64,000 bases of DNA, from contig CAYSZS010000001.1 of the NCBI GenBank assembly GCA_964435575.1, positions 43,206 to 107,205 of the forward strand. Direction: 5' to 3'. The DNA comes from an uncultured Gammaproteobacteria bacterium. GTDB lineage: Bacteria; Patescibacteriota; Microgenomatia; UBA8517. Below, piece after piece: positions 27,290 through 35,676 of the stretch. Both the position numbers and the translations under genes were made by a program. How positions within the stretch are numbered: position 1 is the stretch's first letter; every line of letters starts with the position of its first letter. A model generated the notes under the pieces. It worked only from the letters and a program-made list of their open reading frames with translations, was not told where the DNA came from and did not search any database.

Positions 27290-28914
27290 CGAAAATGGAC
27301 AAGTTTACATTACAGTTTACATTATCAAAGTCTTTAATTATTAAGTTACAGAAATTTTTTGATAAAAATATTCTGTCGATTCTTATTTTAACTTTAAGTT
27401 TAATAAGTGTTTTTGCTTTTTTGTTTTATTACGAAAACAAGCTTGGTCTTTCTTATAACGATGCGAGATCTCATTTGGATATGGGTAGGCGTGTTGTCGA
27501 AAATTTAAAACCCGGCCTTGCTCAACTTGGTTCTGTTTGGCTTCCGCTTCCTCATATTTTAATGATTCCGACAATTTGGAGTGACTTTATGTGGCACTCA
27601 GGACTATCCGGTGCAATCCAATCAATGTTTTCATTTGTAGCAACAGGATGCCTTATTTATCTTTTCTTGAAAAATTTGAAAATAGGGCTTTTTGAGAGGA
27701 TTTTCGGTGTATTTATTTTTGTTGCCAATATAAACGTTTTATATCTTCAGTCAACCGCCATGACTGAGCTTTTACTTTTGGCAACAATGACCGCTGGGGT
27801 TTACTTTCTCGCCCGTTGGGTTAACGACGATAATATTTTCAACTTGATTAAAGGAGCACTATTCGTAATGTCGTCTACTCTTATAAGATACGATGGGTGG
27901 TTTCTTTTTATATTCGCTAGTCTACTTGTCGCATTTATTAGCATAAGGAAGAGGGGTTTACGCGAGGCCGAGGGGAATTTTATTTTTTATTCGACTTTGG
28001 CGGGTTTTGGTATAGTAATGTGGCTTGTCTGGAATTTATTAATTTTCAAAGATCCTTTATATTTTGCATATGGCCCTTATTCTGCACAGTCGCAACAAAA
28101 AATGCTTGAAGAAGCCGGAGAATTGTCAACAAAGGGGGATTTTCTGATGTCGGCGAAAGCATATTTTTATTCCATTTTTTATAATAGTTATACATTTTCG
28201 GCGATGTTAGGTTTTGCTGGAGCAGTTACCTTTTTTTTAGATAAAAAAATTAAATTTTTGGTTAGAGTTATCTCGTTTTCTCTTCTTGCTCCACTTTTTT
28301 TTAATATCATTGCACTTTATTTGGGGCATTCTGTTCTTTTTTTACCGGGTATCATCGGGAGGACTTGGTTTAATATTCGATATGGTGCTTTGATGCTTCC
28401 CTCAATTGCAATATTTTCAGCATATCTTATCAATAAGCTTGGAGTTCTAAAGTGGGTTTTTGTAGGAATCTTTTGTCTGGTAATTTTTTTCGCTTTTGTA
28501 AATAACGACGCGGCGACAATCGAAGACGCTGTTTACGGCGAAAGTGCAAGAAATGTGTCAGAGGTAAGCACTTGGCTTCAGAATAATGCTAAAGATAAAG
28601 AAGGACTTGTTTTAATGTCGGTAGCTTCCCACGATGCAATTATATTTTCATCTGGCTTGCCTATGAAAAAATTCATCCATGAGGGGACAGGTGCTTACTG
28701 GGATTATGCCATCGAAAATCCCGATAGATGGGCAACATGGATAGTGACAAGAACACATGACTTGAATGATGCGGTGTTCAGAGAAGTGAGAGATTCCGAT
28801 GGTTTTAAGAAGTATGAATTGGTGGATCATTATCCCTTTGCGGATATTTACCAACTTAAGCCTGAATACAGAAGTGAATTTTTAGCGAAACCTGTTCTTG
28901 GTAAGCAGAACTAA
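27286..28914 (+). CDS. GT-C-fold (ArnT/PMT-like) glycosyltransferase
   Basis: YNDARSH first loop, WLPLPH, AMTE, RYDGW, multiple TM helices and a C-terminal soluble domain. A GTGA overlap suggests start 27286. Confidence 0.7.
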   Translation: MTKMDKFTLQFTLSKSLIIKLQKFFDKNILSILILTLSLISVFAFLFYYENKLGLSYNDARSHLDMGRRVVENLKPGLAQLGSVWLPLPHILMIPTIWSDFMWHSGLSGAIQSMFSFVATGCLIYLFLKNLKIGLFERIFGVFIFVANINVLYLQSTAMTELLLLATMTAGVYFLARWVNDDNIFNLIKGALFVMSSTLIRYDGWFLFIFASLLVAFISIRKRGLREAEGNFIFYSTLAGFGIVMWLVWNLLIFKDPLYFAYGPYSAQSQQKMLEEAGELSTKGDFLMSAKAYFYSIFYNSYTFSAMLGFAGAVTFFLDKKIKFLVRVISFSLLAPLFFNIIALYLGHSVLFLPGIIGRTWFNIRYGALMLPSIAIFSAYLINKLGVLKWVFVGIFCLVIFFAFVNNDAATIEDAVYGESARNVSEVSTWLQNNAKDKEGLVLMSVASHDAIIFSSGLPMKKFIHEGTGAYWDYAIENPDRWATWIVTRTHDLNDAVFREVRDSDGFKKYELVDHYPFADIYQLKPEYRSEFLAKPVLGKQN

Positions 28915-28925
28915 CTTATGTTTTT

Positions 28926-30167
28926 ATGAGAGTAACTTTCTTAATTTTATTAACCTTATTTAACTTAATAAACCCAAAGACTATTTATGCAAGAAACGAA
29001 GATCCTTATTGGCAGATTCAGTCGGTCGATACAATGAAGCTATCGCGCGATCTTGCGAGAGAGAAGATGGATGATTCGGAATTTGAAAAAATTATCTCCC
29101 GAGAAGTTAAAAATATTTCCGGAGTTGGAGCAACCCATGTTGCAATCGCGACGCCTTACGATGATGAGTTTATCCCTTTTATGAAAAAGTGGATAAAAGA
29201 AGCTCGTAAAGACGGTTTAAATGTTTGGTTTAGAGGAAATTTTTCCGGTTGGGAAGGGTGGTTTGGCTACCATCGAATATCTCCGGAAGAACATACTAAT
29301 AAAATAGAGGACTTTATTCTATTGAATCGGGACTTATTTGAAGATGGTGACATTTTTACTCCCTGCACGGAATGCGAGAACGGAGGTTCTGGCGACCCCA
29401 GGGATACAGGAAATATCCAAGGATTCCGCGACTTTTTAATTTCGGAGTACGAAATTTCTAATAGGTCGTTTCAGATGATAGGTAAGGACGTAAAGGGAGG
29501 CTATTTTTCAATGAACGCCGATGTTGCAAAACTTATTATGGATAAAGATACAACAAAAGCACTTGGTGAAATAGTTGTAATAGATCACTATGTTGAAGAT
29601 CCTGAGCAATTGTCGAAGGATGTTGCGGAAATTGCAGAAAAAAGTGATGGTAAAGTCATTTTAGGCGAAATAGGTGTTCCTATACCCGATATTCACGGTT
29701 ATATGACCGCGTCTCAGCAGGCCGATTGGGTACAAAAAGCGCTTTCGCTTTTATCAAGTAAACAGGTACTATTGGGAATTAACTACTGGGTAGCAAGTGG
29801 CGGCACGACTTCGTTATGGTACGATGACGCTTCCGAAAAACCGTCCGTAGAAGTCATTCGGAACTACTTTATCCCGAACGAGTTAAGTGGGAAAGTCGTG
29901 GACGAATTAGGTAAATCTATAAAAGAAGCTGAAGTTATTGCTGGCGCGAAAAACGTAAACACCAACTCGGAAGGGGTATTTAGGATTGACGTAGTTCCTT
30001 CAATCGAAAAATTGCTAATAAAAAATGATGATTATGAGGAAAAGAGTGTTTGGTTAACGGACGCTTTGCCTGACAAAATAATATTAAAAAGGTCCGACGG
30101 AAATGTTTTCTTTAAAATTAAGCTATCAATATATCAGGCTATAAATAAAATAAAAGAGTTACTTTAG
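28926..30167 (+). CDS. secreted putative glycoside hydrolase-like protein with C-terminal beta-sandwich
   Basis: Signal peptide, aromatic-rich alpha/beta pattern with PCTECE and ILGEIG, then an LSGKVVDE...TNSEGVF carboxypeptidase-regulatory-like domain. Function is inferred. Confidence 0.5.
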   Translation: MRVTFLILLTLFNLINPKTIYARNEDPYWQIQSVDTMKLSRDLAREKMDDSEFEKIISREVKNISGVGATHVAIATPYDDEFIPFMKKWIKEARKDGLNVWFRGNFSGWEGWFGYHRISPEEHTNKIEDFILLNRDLFEDGDIFTPCTECENGGSGDPRDTGNIQGFRDFLISEYEISNRSFQMIGKDVKGGYFSMNADVAKLIMDKDTTKALGEIVVIDHYVEDPEQLSKDVAEIAEKSDGKVILGEIGVPIPDIHGYMTASQQADWVQKALSLLSSKQVLLGINYWVASGGTTSLWYDDASEKPSVEVIRNYFIPNELSGKVVDELGKSIKEAEVIAGAKNVNTNSEGVFRIDVVPSIEKLLIKNDDYEEKSVWLTDALPDKIILKRSDGNVFFKIKLSIYQAINKIKELL

Positions 30168-30932
30168 TAAATCCGGCCTTTTTTGTTTTGTTTTTTCGAA
30201 AGCTTTTTCCTTTCTCCATTTTTCGATTTCTTTGTGATTTCCGGAAAGTAATACTTCGGGGACTTTCCAATCATTATAATTTTCGGGTCTGGTGTATTGT
30301 GGAAAGCCTAAAAGCCTTGGTACTCCCGGGCTATCAAAGTCTGAAAAAGATTCTTTTTTAAGAGACTCTTCTTTTCCGATTACTCCGGGGACTAATCGGA
30401 CTATCGCATCAGTTATGACCATTGCTGGAAGTTCTCCGCCGGTTAGTACATAATCGCCAATTGAGATTTCTTCGTCAACCAAGTGTACCCTTACCCTCTC
30501 GTCAATGCCCTTATAATGTCCGGAAATTAAAATAAGATGTTCGTATTTTGCCAATCTTTCTGCTTCCTTCTGATTAAAAGTTTTCCCGGCAGCGTCGAGG
30601 AGGATGACTTTAGGTAATTGATAATTAGTAATCAGTAATTTGGTTTTTTTGCTTGACTCTCGAAGCTTTAGCGAAGTGGGGTTCTTTAGTTCTTTAGTTC
30701 TTTCGTTCTTCAGTTCGTGCAGAGCACGGTCAATCGGTTCTACCATCAAAACCATTCCGGGTCCTCCACCAAAGGGCCTGTCGTCAACCATTTTGTGTTT
30801 ATCTTGCGCCCAATCTCTAATATTATGGGTATTAACTTCGACTAAGCCTTTCTCACGAGCCCTTTTGATAATACTTTCATCAAACGGTCCCTTAAACATT
30901 TCAGGGAAAAGTGTCAAAATATCAATTTTCAT
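30159..30932 (-). CDS. trmD: tRNA (guanine-N1)-methyltransferase with a repeat-derived loop insertion
   Basis: MKIDILTLFPEMF, VDDRPFGGGPGM, GHYKGIDERV, SIGDYVLTGGE, PQYTRP, LLSGNH. Confidence 0.95.
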   Translation of the reverse strand: MKIDILTLFPEMFKGPFDESIIKRAREKGLVEVNTHNIRDWAQDKHKMVDDRPFGGGPGMVLMVEPIDRALHELKNERTKELKNPTSLKLRESSKKTKLLITNYQLPKVILLDAAGKTFNQKEAERLAKYEHLILISGHYKGIDERVRVHLVDEEISIGDYVLTGGELPAMVITDAIVRLVPGVIGKEESLKKESFSDFDSPGVPRLLGFPQYTRPENYNDWKVPEVLLSGNHKEIEKWRKEKAFEKTKQKRPDLLK

Positions 30933-31738
30933 TGCAATGGACTTTTTATATTTTTAAGTTTTGGATTAGTTACTTTAGTATACACTTGGGTGGTTCTGAT
31001 GTTTGCATGACCTAGAAGTTCTTGGACATAGCGAACATCAACACCATTTTCCAAAAGGTGGGTAGCAAAACTATGCCGCAGCGAATGAAAAGTTGCGGGT
31101 TTAGTGATGACCGCCTTTTTTAATGCATTAGAAAAAACTTTTTGTGCGGTACGGACATTTAATTTTCCTCCGCGTTCACTTTCAAATACCAAATCATTTT
31201 TTTTCTTACCCGCAAGCAGATTTTTCAAATCATTCACCAAGGTGGAGGGCATGACCGTGATCCTGTCCTTATTACCCTTTGCTGATTTGAGATGTATGAT
31301 TAACTCTTCCAGATCAACATCTTTCACCTTAAGATTTATAACCTCGCTCACTCTTAATCCCGCACCATAGGATAGTGAAATAAGGAGTTTGTGCTTATTA
31401 TTTTTTATCGAGTTAATGAGTTTGCGTATTTCTGTTCTTGGTAAAACAACGGGTAATCTTTTATGTCTTTTGGCATAAGGAAATGGGAAAGAAATCGGCT
31501 TTTTATATATTTTTGTTATGACAAACTTAAATGCGGCGTGATACTGATTTACGGTAAAAGCAGATTTTCTTTTTTTTATTAAATTATCCAAGAAATGACC
31601 GAATTCATCGGAGGATATTGTACTGAGGGGTCTTTTGAAATGATTGTAGATTTTTCTGACGCAGGAGGTGTATGCTTTGATTGTCTTTGGACTATATCCT
31701 GAAATACGCATGTATTCTTGAAGTCTTTGGATCAGCAT
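30929..31738 (-). CDS. tyrosine recombinase, integron-integrase-like (short form)
   Basis: N-terminal SAM-like YSPKTIKAY, LPVVL, YGAGLRVSE (R), KGNKDR (K), HSLRHSFATHLLE (HxxR), LLGH, Y, and C-terminal KSPL. Confidence 0.88.
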   Translation of the reverse strand: MLIQRLQEYMRISGYSPKTIKAYTSCVRKIYNHFKRPLSTISSDEFGHFLDNLIKKRKSAFTVNQYHAAFKFVITKIYKKPISFPFPYAKRHKRLPVVLPRTEIRKLINSIKNNKHKLLISLSYGAGLRVSEVINLKVKDVDLEELIIHLKSAKGNKDRITVMPSTLVNDLKNLLAGKKKNDLVFESERGGKLNVRTAQKVFSNALKKAVITKPATFHSLRHSFATHLLENGVDVRYVQELLGHANIRTTQVYTKVTNPKLKNIKSPLQ

Positions 31739-31763
31739 GATAGTATATTATCATAGTTAAGAC

Positions 31764-31802
31764 GTTTATACGACCTCTAAATCGTATAAACACTAGTTAG
31801 CC
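31764..31802 (+). mobile_element. attI-like recombination site
   Basis: 10-bp inverted repeat GTTTATACGA/TCGTATAAAC followed by GTTAGCC (31796-31802, GTTRRRY-like), directly upstream of the divergent integrase. Confidence 0.55.
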
Positions 31803-31864
31803 AAAATTGAGAGCCCGCCTTAACAAGAGAAGCTTTTATCAATCACTGGATTGCTATAAATATT

Positions 31865-32413
31865 ATGAAGAAGCCTGTTTTAATTGTATTATTCCTAACG
31901 CTCATCTTTGTTGGTTTATACTTATTTTTGACAGAGAATAATGAAAGAGGCAAGGGTAACGACGAGAAATTGTTGAGGTCTCACTATGCTGGAGTAGATT
32001 GTAGTAAGTTATTTGGTAACACTATACGACCTAATAACGATGTTGTAGAAACCCGCAAATCAGTTTGTGCAGCCGAAAGGGCTTGGTTTGAAAATGATTC
32101 TGACTTTTGTAAGCTTCACGATGATCCTGACCACTGTTATGGATGGATGACAATTAAAACAGGCGATTTAAATTTGTGTCGTTCTAAGAATAAAAAGACA
32201 GGATACTTTTGGATAGAAGATAAATTGATAGACGGTGAAAAATCCAACTCTTGGTTATATGATTGCTACAGAGCAACTGCTAACTGGAGAAATGATCTTA
32301 GTATATGTGGACAGATTCCTTATAAAAGTAGTGATTTACTACAGGAGTGCAAGAGTACTTCTTCTGGTTGGAACAATCATTATTCTAAATATTCAGATTT
32401 TTCACCGATATGA
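31865..32413 (+). CDS. cassette-like gene 1: membrane-anchored Cys-rich hypothetical protein
   Basis: N-terminal TM and repeated D..xC......CY units. Flanked by a 14/16 inverted repeat (31807-31822 / 32415-32430). Confidence 0.65.
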   Translation: MKKPVLIVLFLTLIFVGLYLFLTENNERGKGNDEKLLRSHYAGVDCSKLFGNTIRPNNDVVETRKSVCAAERAWFENDSDFCKLHDDPDHCYGWMTIKTGDLNLCRSKNKKTGYFWIEDKLIDGEKSNSWLYDCYRATANWRNDLSICGQIPYKSSDLLQECKSTSSGWNNHYSKYSDFSPI

Positions 32414-32582
32414 TTAAGATGGGCTCTCAACTCAAGGGGGTGCTGCGCTTTGCTTCCGCTAAGCTCCAGCAACCCTCGCCTAACACAGTATATGCGGTTC
32501 GCTCATTGCACCCTGCCTACCGGCAGGCAGGTTCGCTCTCCCAAATTTGCCTTATTTTTTATTATTTAGTACAATAGTGCTT

Positions 32583-32846
32583 ATGAACTACAAAGATATA
32601 ATTAGTATCGAACCGGGTAAACGTGGTGGACAACCTACTATCCGCGGTATGCGTATTACGGTTTATGATGTTTTAAAGATGCTTGCCTCAGGCATGAGCG
32701 AAAAGGAAATTTTAAGTGATTTTCCTGAGTTAACCAAAGAGGATATTAGGGCGGTTTTGTCTTATGCCTCGGAAAGAGAGCATTCTCTAACTACCGCAAG
32801 CCATGAAGTTACTTTTGGATCAAAACATCTCGCACAAGCTGGTTAA
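32583..32846 (+). CDS. DUF433 family antitoxin
   Basis: PGKRGGQPTIRGMRITVYDVL..LASG.S..EIL.DFPELT.EDI. Own promoter TTGCCT-17-TACAAT (32547-32575). Confidence 0.9.
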   Translation: MNYKDIISIEPGKRGGQPTIRGMRITVYDVLKMLASGMSEKEILSDFPELTKEDIRAVLSYASEREHSLTTASHEVTFGSKHLAQAG

Positions 32847-33135
32847 AGAGCTTGAAGATTTATTTCCAAGATCAAACCACGTTTACCTTCTTGATTTACC
32901 GAAGGCTTCTGATGAGGAAATATGGAATTACGCTCGTGATAATGGCTTTACCATTGTAACTCAAGACTCTGATTTCAACGAAAGAAGCCTTATTTACGGA
33001 TATCCGCCTAAAGTAATTTGGCTTCGGACCAGTAACGTTTCCACTCAAAATACCAAACGTTTATTGAAGGAACACAGTCAAGATATTTTATTGTTTGAAA
33101 AAGATAAAACCTTGGGCTGTCTGCAGATTTACTAG
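32803..33135 (+). CDS. DUF5615 PIN-like toxin
   Basis: MKLLLDQNIS, SDEEIW.YA, IVTQDSDF, PPKVIWLR. Overlaps the DUF433 gene. Confidence 0.88.
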   Translation: MKLLLDQNISHKLVKELEDLFPRSNHVYLLDLPKASDEEIWNYARDNGFTIVTQDSDFNERSLIYGYPPKVIWLRTSNVSTQNTKRLLKEHSQDILLFEKDKTLGCLQIY

Positions 33136-33227
33136 TTTCAAAGAGGGAAAAATAAGGCAAACTTCCCATATACCGATACATTAGCCAAAGTGGCTCGCTC
33201 AACTTACTATAGTTTATTGCATTCCTC

Positions 33228-33315
33228 TGCGAAAACCTCCGAGTCTGACTCGTGGAATGAAGCAAGAATCCTCTCTTGGCGATAAGAAACTACGGACTTT
33301 AGTCCGTGGAGTTTC
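33228..33315. mobile_element. non-autonomous IS200/IS605-like two-hairpin element, no transposase
   Basis: Two imperfect hairpins, CGAGT-CTG-ACTCG and CTACGGAC-TTTA-GTCCGTGG, about 35 nt apart, resembling subterminal hairpins of IS200/IS605 elements. Confidence 0.45.
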
Positions 33316-33350
33316 CTTAGGTGAACGAAAGGGAGTAAAATCGTATATAA

Positions 33351-33767
33351 ATGAATAAAAATTTGGGATTAAGTAAAAAATATTTGGTATTGTCAGCTTT
33401 TTTTCTGACTGGCGTTGCTCTTTGTCTTCTTTCATCGGTCATAGTAATGAGCGTAGGCTGTGGGTTTATAAAAATTTTAGATTGTGGTTACTATGCAGGT
33501 TTTCCGGTTCCATATGCTAAGTTTGATGAAAAAGCAATTAAGTTAGAAAATAATCGTCTCCTGATAAGCCCGACCTTATACTATAAATACAAATTTTCCC
33601 CCATAAAAAACGACCAAATTTTTGCCAGAGAGTTTTTGTCGGACGGAATTCTAATACCAATTTTTCTATTAGATCTAACCCTCTATAAAGTTAATATTTT
33701 ACTTTTTGTTTTAAATATTTTGTTGTGGTTAGTACCTTCCGGGTTTTTGATTGGGGTTTTTTTCTGA
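33351..33767 (+). CDS. cassette-like gene 3: hypothetical membrane protein
   Basis: TM at both ends and a GFPVPY motif. Bounded by TTAGGTG (33317) and CACCTAA (~33811). Confidence 0.6.
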   Translation: MNKNLGLSKKYLVLSAFFLTGVALCLLSSVIVMSVGCGFIKILDCGYYAGFPVPYAKFDEKAIKLENNRLLISPTLYYKYKFSPIKNDQIFAREFLSDGILIPIFLLDLTLYKVNILLFVLNILLWLVPSGFLIGVFF

Positions 33768-33889
33768 AAAAAGGACTGGAAGTTGAAGGATGGTTTGCCT
33801 TTTTTTGGCTGCACCTAATATATTTTTACTATAAGATTATTAGTGATAGAACGTAAATACACCAATAAGGTGTTTTTTTGTGCCTGAAT

Positions 33890-34921
33890 ATGAAAGAGAA
33901 ACAGGGAAAAAGTTTGATTAAGAAATTATTAGTTTATAGGAAAAGATTGATAATACTTGCAATTGTTTTGTCGGCAGGATTTTTAATCTGGAAGTTTGCT
34001 TTAGGTAAGAAAGAAGAAATTGAAACAACGAAAATCGAAAGAGGAACTGTTTCCGAAGAGCTTGTACTTTCGGGAGAAATTTCCGCTGATGAATACGCAA
34101 AACTTACCTTTCCTACTTCAGGGAAAATTTCTTGGGTAGGAGTTTCTGAAGGAAACGAAGTGAAGCGCGGGCAAGCTTTGGCTAAACTTGATACGACTGT
34201 TCTAAACGCAGCTTTTCAACAAGCAAGAGCAGCTTTACGTGCAGCTGAGGCAACCGTCGAGAAAGTTCACGACCAAGTGAAAGATCACGCAGGTGATGAA
34301 ACATTTACTCAAAAGGATACTCGTACAGCCGCAGAAGCAGCCAAAGACGAAGCCTATGACGCTTATATTGCTGCAGAATACAACTTAAGAAATTCCACCC
34401 TAACATCACCCTTTGCAGGAATTGTGACTTTTTTGGCACACCCCTTTTCGGGTGTCAATGTTTTGGTAACCGAAACTCAAGTTGAAGTGATAAATCCTGA
34501 TACAATTTATTTTGACGTTTCTGCAGATCAAACAGAAGTGGGTGATTTATCCATTGATCAGAAAGTGAAAATTATTTTAGATTCCATGCCTGATGAAGAG
34601 CTTTCTGGCTACGTTGATTTTATAAGTTATACGCCTCGTTCTGGCGAAGTGGGAACGGTTTATAAAGTAAAAGTGAAATTTGACGGAAAACTAGATGTTA
34701 AAAAGTACAGGATAGGAATGAGTGGAGACGCAAGTTTTATTCTGTCAGAAAAAGAGAGTATTTTGTATCTTCCGCCAAAATTTGTCAAAAGCGATTCTCA
34801 AGGAAAGTATGTGAAACTTGGAAAGAAAAATAATAAAACGTATATTGAGGTGGGGATAGAAGGAGAGGATAAGATCGAGATAAAAGGAGATATTAAAGAG
34901 GGAGATATAGTTTTTGATTAA
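33890..34921 (+). CDS. efflux membrane-fusion (MacA-like adaptor) protein
   Basis: N-terminal TM, SGKI..V.V.EG.EVKRGQALAKLD, a coiled coil, and SPFAGIV lipoyl halves. Confidence 0.88.
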   Translation: MKEKQGKSLIKKLLVYRKRLIILAIVLSAGFLIWKFALGKKEEIETTKIERGTVSEELVLSGEISADEYAKLTFPTSGKISWVGVSEGNEVKRGQALAKLDTTVLNAAFQQARAALRAAEATVEKVHDQVKDHAGDETFTQKDTRTAAEAAKDEAYDAYIAAEYNLRNSTLTSPFAGIVTFLAHPFSGVNVLVTETQVEVINPDTIYFDVSADQTEVGDLSIDQKVKIILDSMPDEELSGYVDFISYTPRSGEVGTVYKVKVKFDGKLDVKKYRIGMSGDASFILSEKESILYLPPKFVKSDSQGKYVKLGKKNNKTYIEVGIEGEDKIEIKGDIKEGDIVFD

Positions 34922-34995
34922 CTCGACCCGAATCCACTAATAAACGCCCGAATGACCCTAATAAAAATAATATTCGGATATTTGAGTCGCTTATT

Positions 34996-35673
34996 ATGAT
35001 TAAGCTTCAAAATGTCTGTAAATCGTATTTTTTGGGAGATACCGAAGTAAAGGCGGTCTGCGATATTAATTTAGAGATTAAAGATAAAGAATTTATCGGA
35101 ATTTTGGGATCTTCAGGAAGCGGTAAGTCTACTTTAATGTATCTTATCGGACTTTTGGAGCACCCCACTTCTGGAAAAATATTCTTGGATGGAAATGACG
35201 TGTCAAAGCTTACTGATAGCGAGCTTTCGAAGATTAGAAATAAGACAGTCGGCTTTGTTTTTCAATCTTTTAATTTGATAAATAAGTACACGGTTTTCGA
35301 GAATGTTCTGCTTCCGACGAAGTATGCGAGGGAAATTCTCGATTTTAATGTAAGGGAAAGGGTTGAGGAACTTTTGAAAAAATTCGGGATTTGGGACAGA
35401 CGAGACTTTTTTCCGAATAAAATTTCAGGCGGTCAACAGCAGAGGGTAGCGATAGTGAGAGCTCTTATGATGAAACCCAAAATTATCATGGCCGACGAGC
35501 CGACTGGAAATTTAGACAGTAAAACTGGAGATGAAATTTTGAATATTTTGGAAAGTTTGAATAAGGATTTCGGAGTTACGGTCATTTTGGTTACTCACGA
35601 GAAGGAAGTGGCGGCAAGAACCAAAAGAGAGATTTATATCAGGGACGGGAAAATTGTGAAGAAATATTTATAG
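34996..35673 (+). CDS. MacB/LolD-type ABC ATPase
   Basis: GSSGSGKST, GFVFQSFNL, ISGGQQQRVAI, ADEPTGNLD, VTH. Confidence 0.93.
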   Translation: MIKLQNVCKSYFLGDTEVKAVCDINLEIKDKEFIGILGSSGSGKSTLMYLIGLLEHPTSGKIFLDGNDVSKLTDSELSKIRNKTVGFVFQSFNLINKYTVFENVLLPTKYAREILDFNVRERVEELLKKFGIWDRRDFFPNKISGGQQQRVAIVRALMMKPKIIMADEPTGNLDSKTGDEILNILESLNKDFGVTVILVTHEKEVAARTKREIYIRDGKIVKKYL

Positions 35674-35676
35674 GGT

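Larger units (their letters stand above)
32478..33186 (+). mobile_element. attC-like fold with an expanded loop containing a toxin-antitoxin operon
   Basis: Left arm GCCTAAC-ACA-GTATATG (32478-32494). Right arm CATATAC-CGATAC-ATTAGCC (33167-33186). Inner perfect 14-bp inverted repeat at 32546-32559/33148-33161. Confidence 0.5.

Noticed and set aside
30929-31738. Prophage integrase or canonical class 1-type IntI
   Set aside because: No phage genes are nearby, and the IntI-specific insertion appears to be missing, so it is reported only as integron-like.
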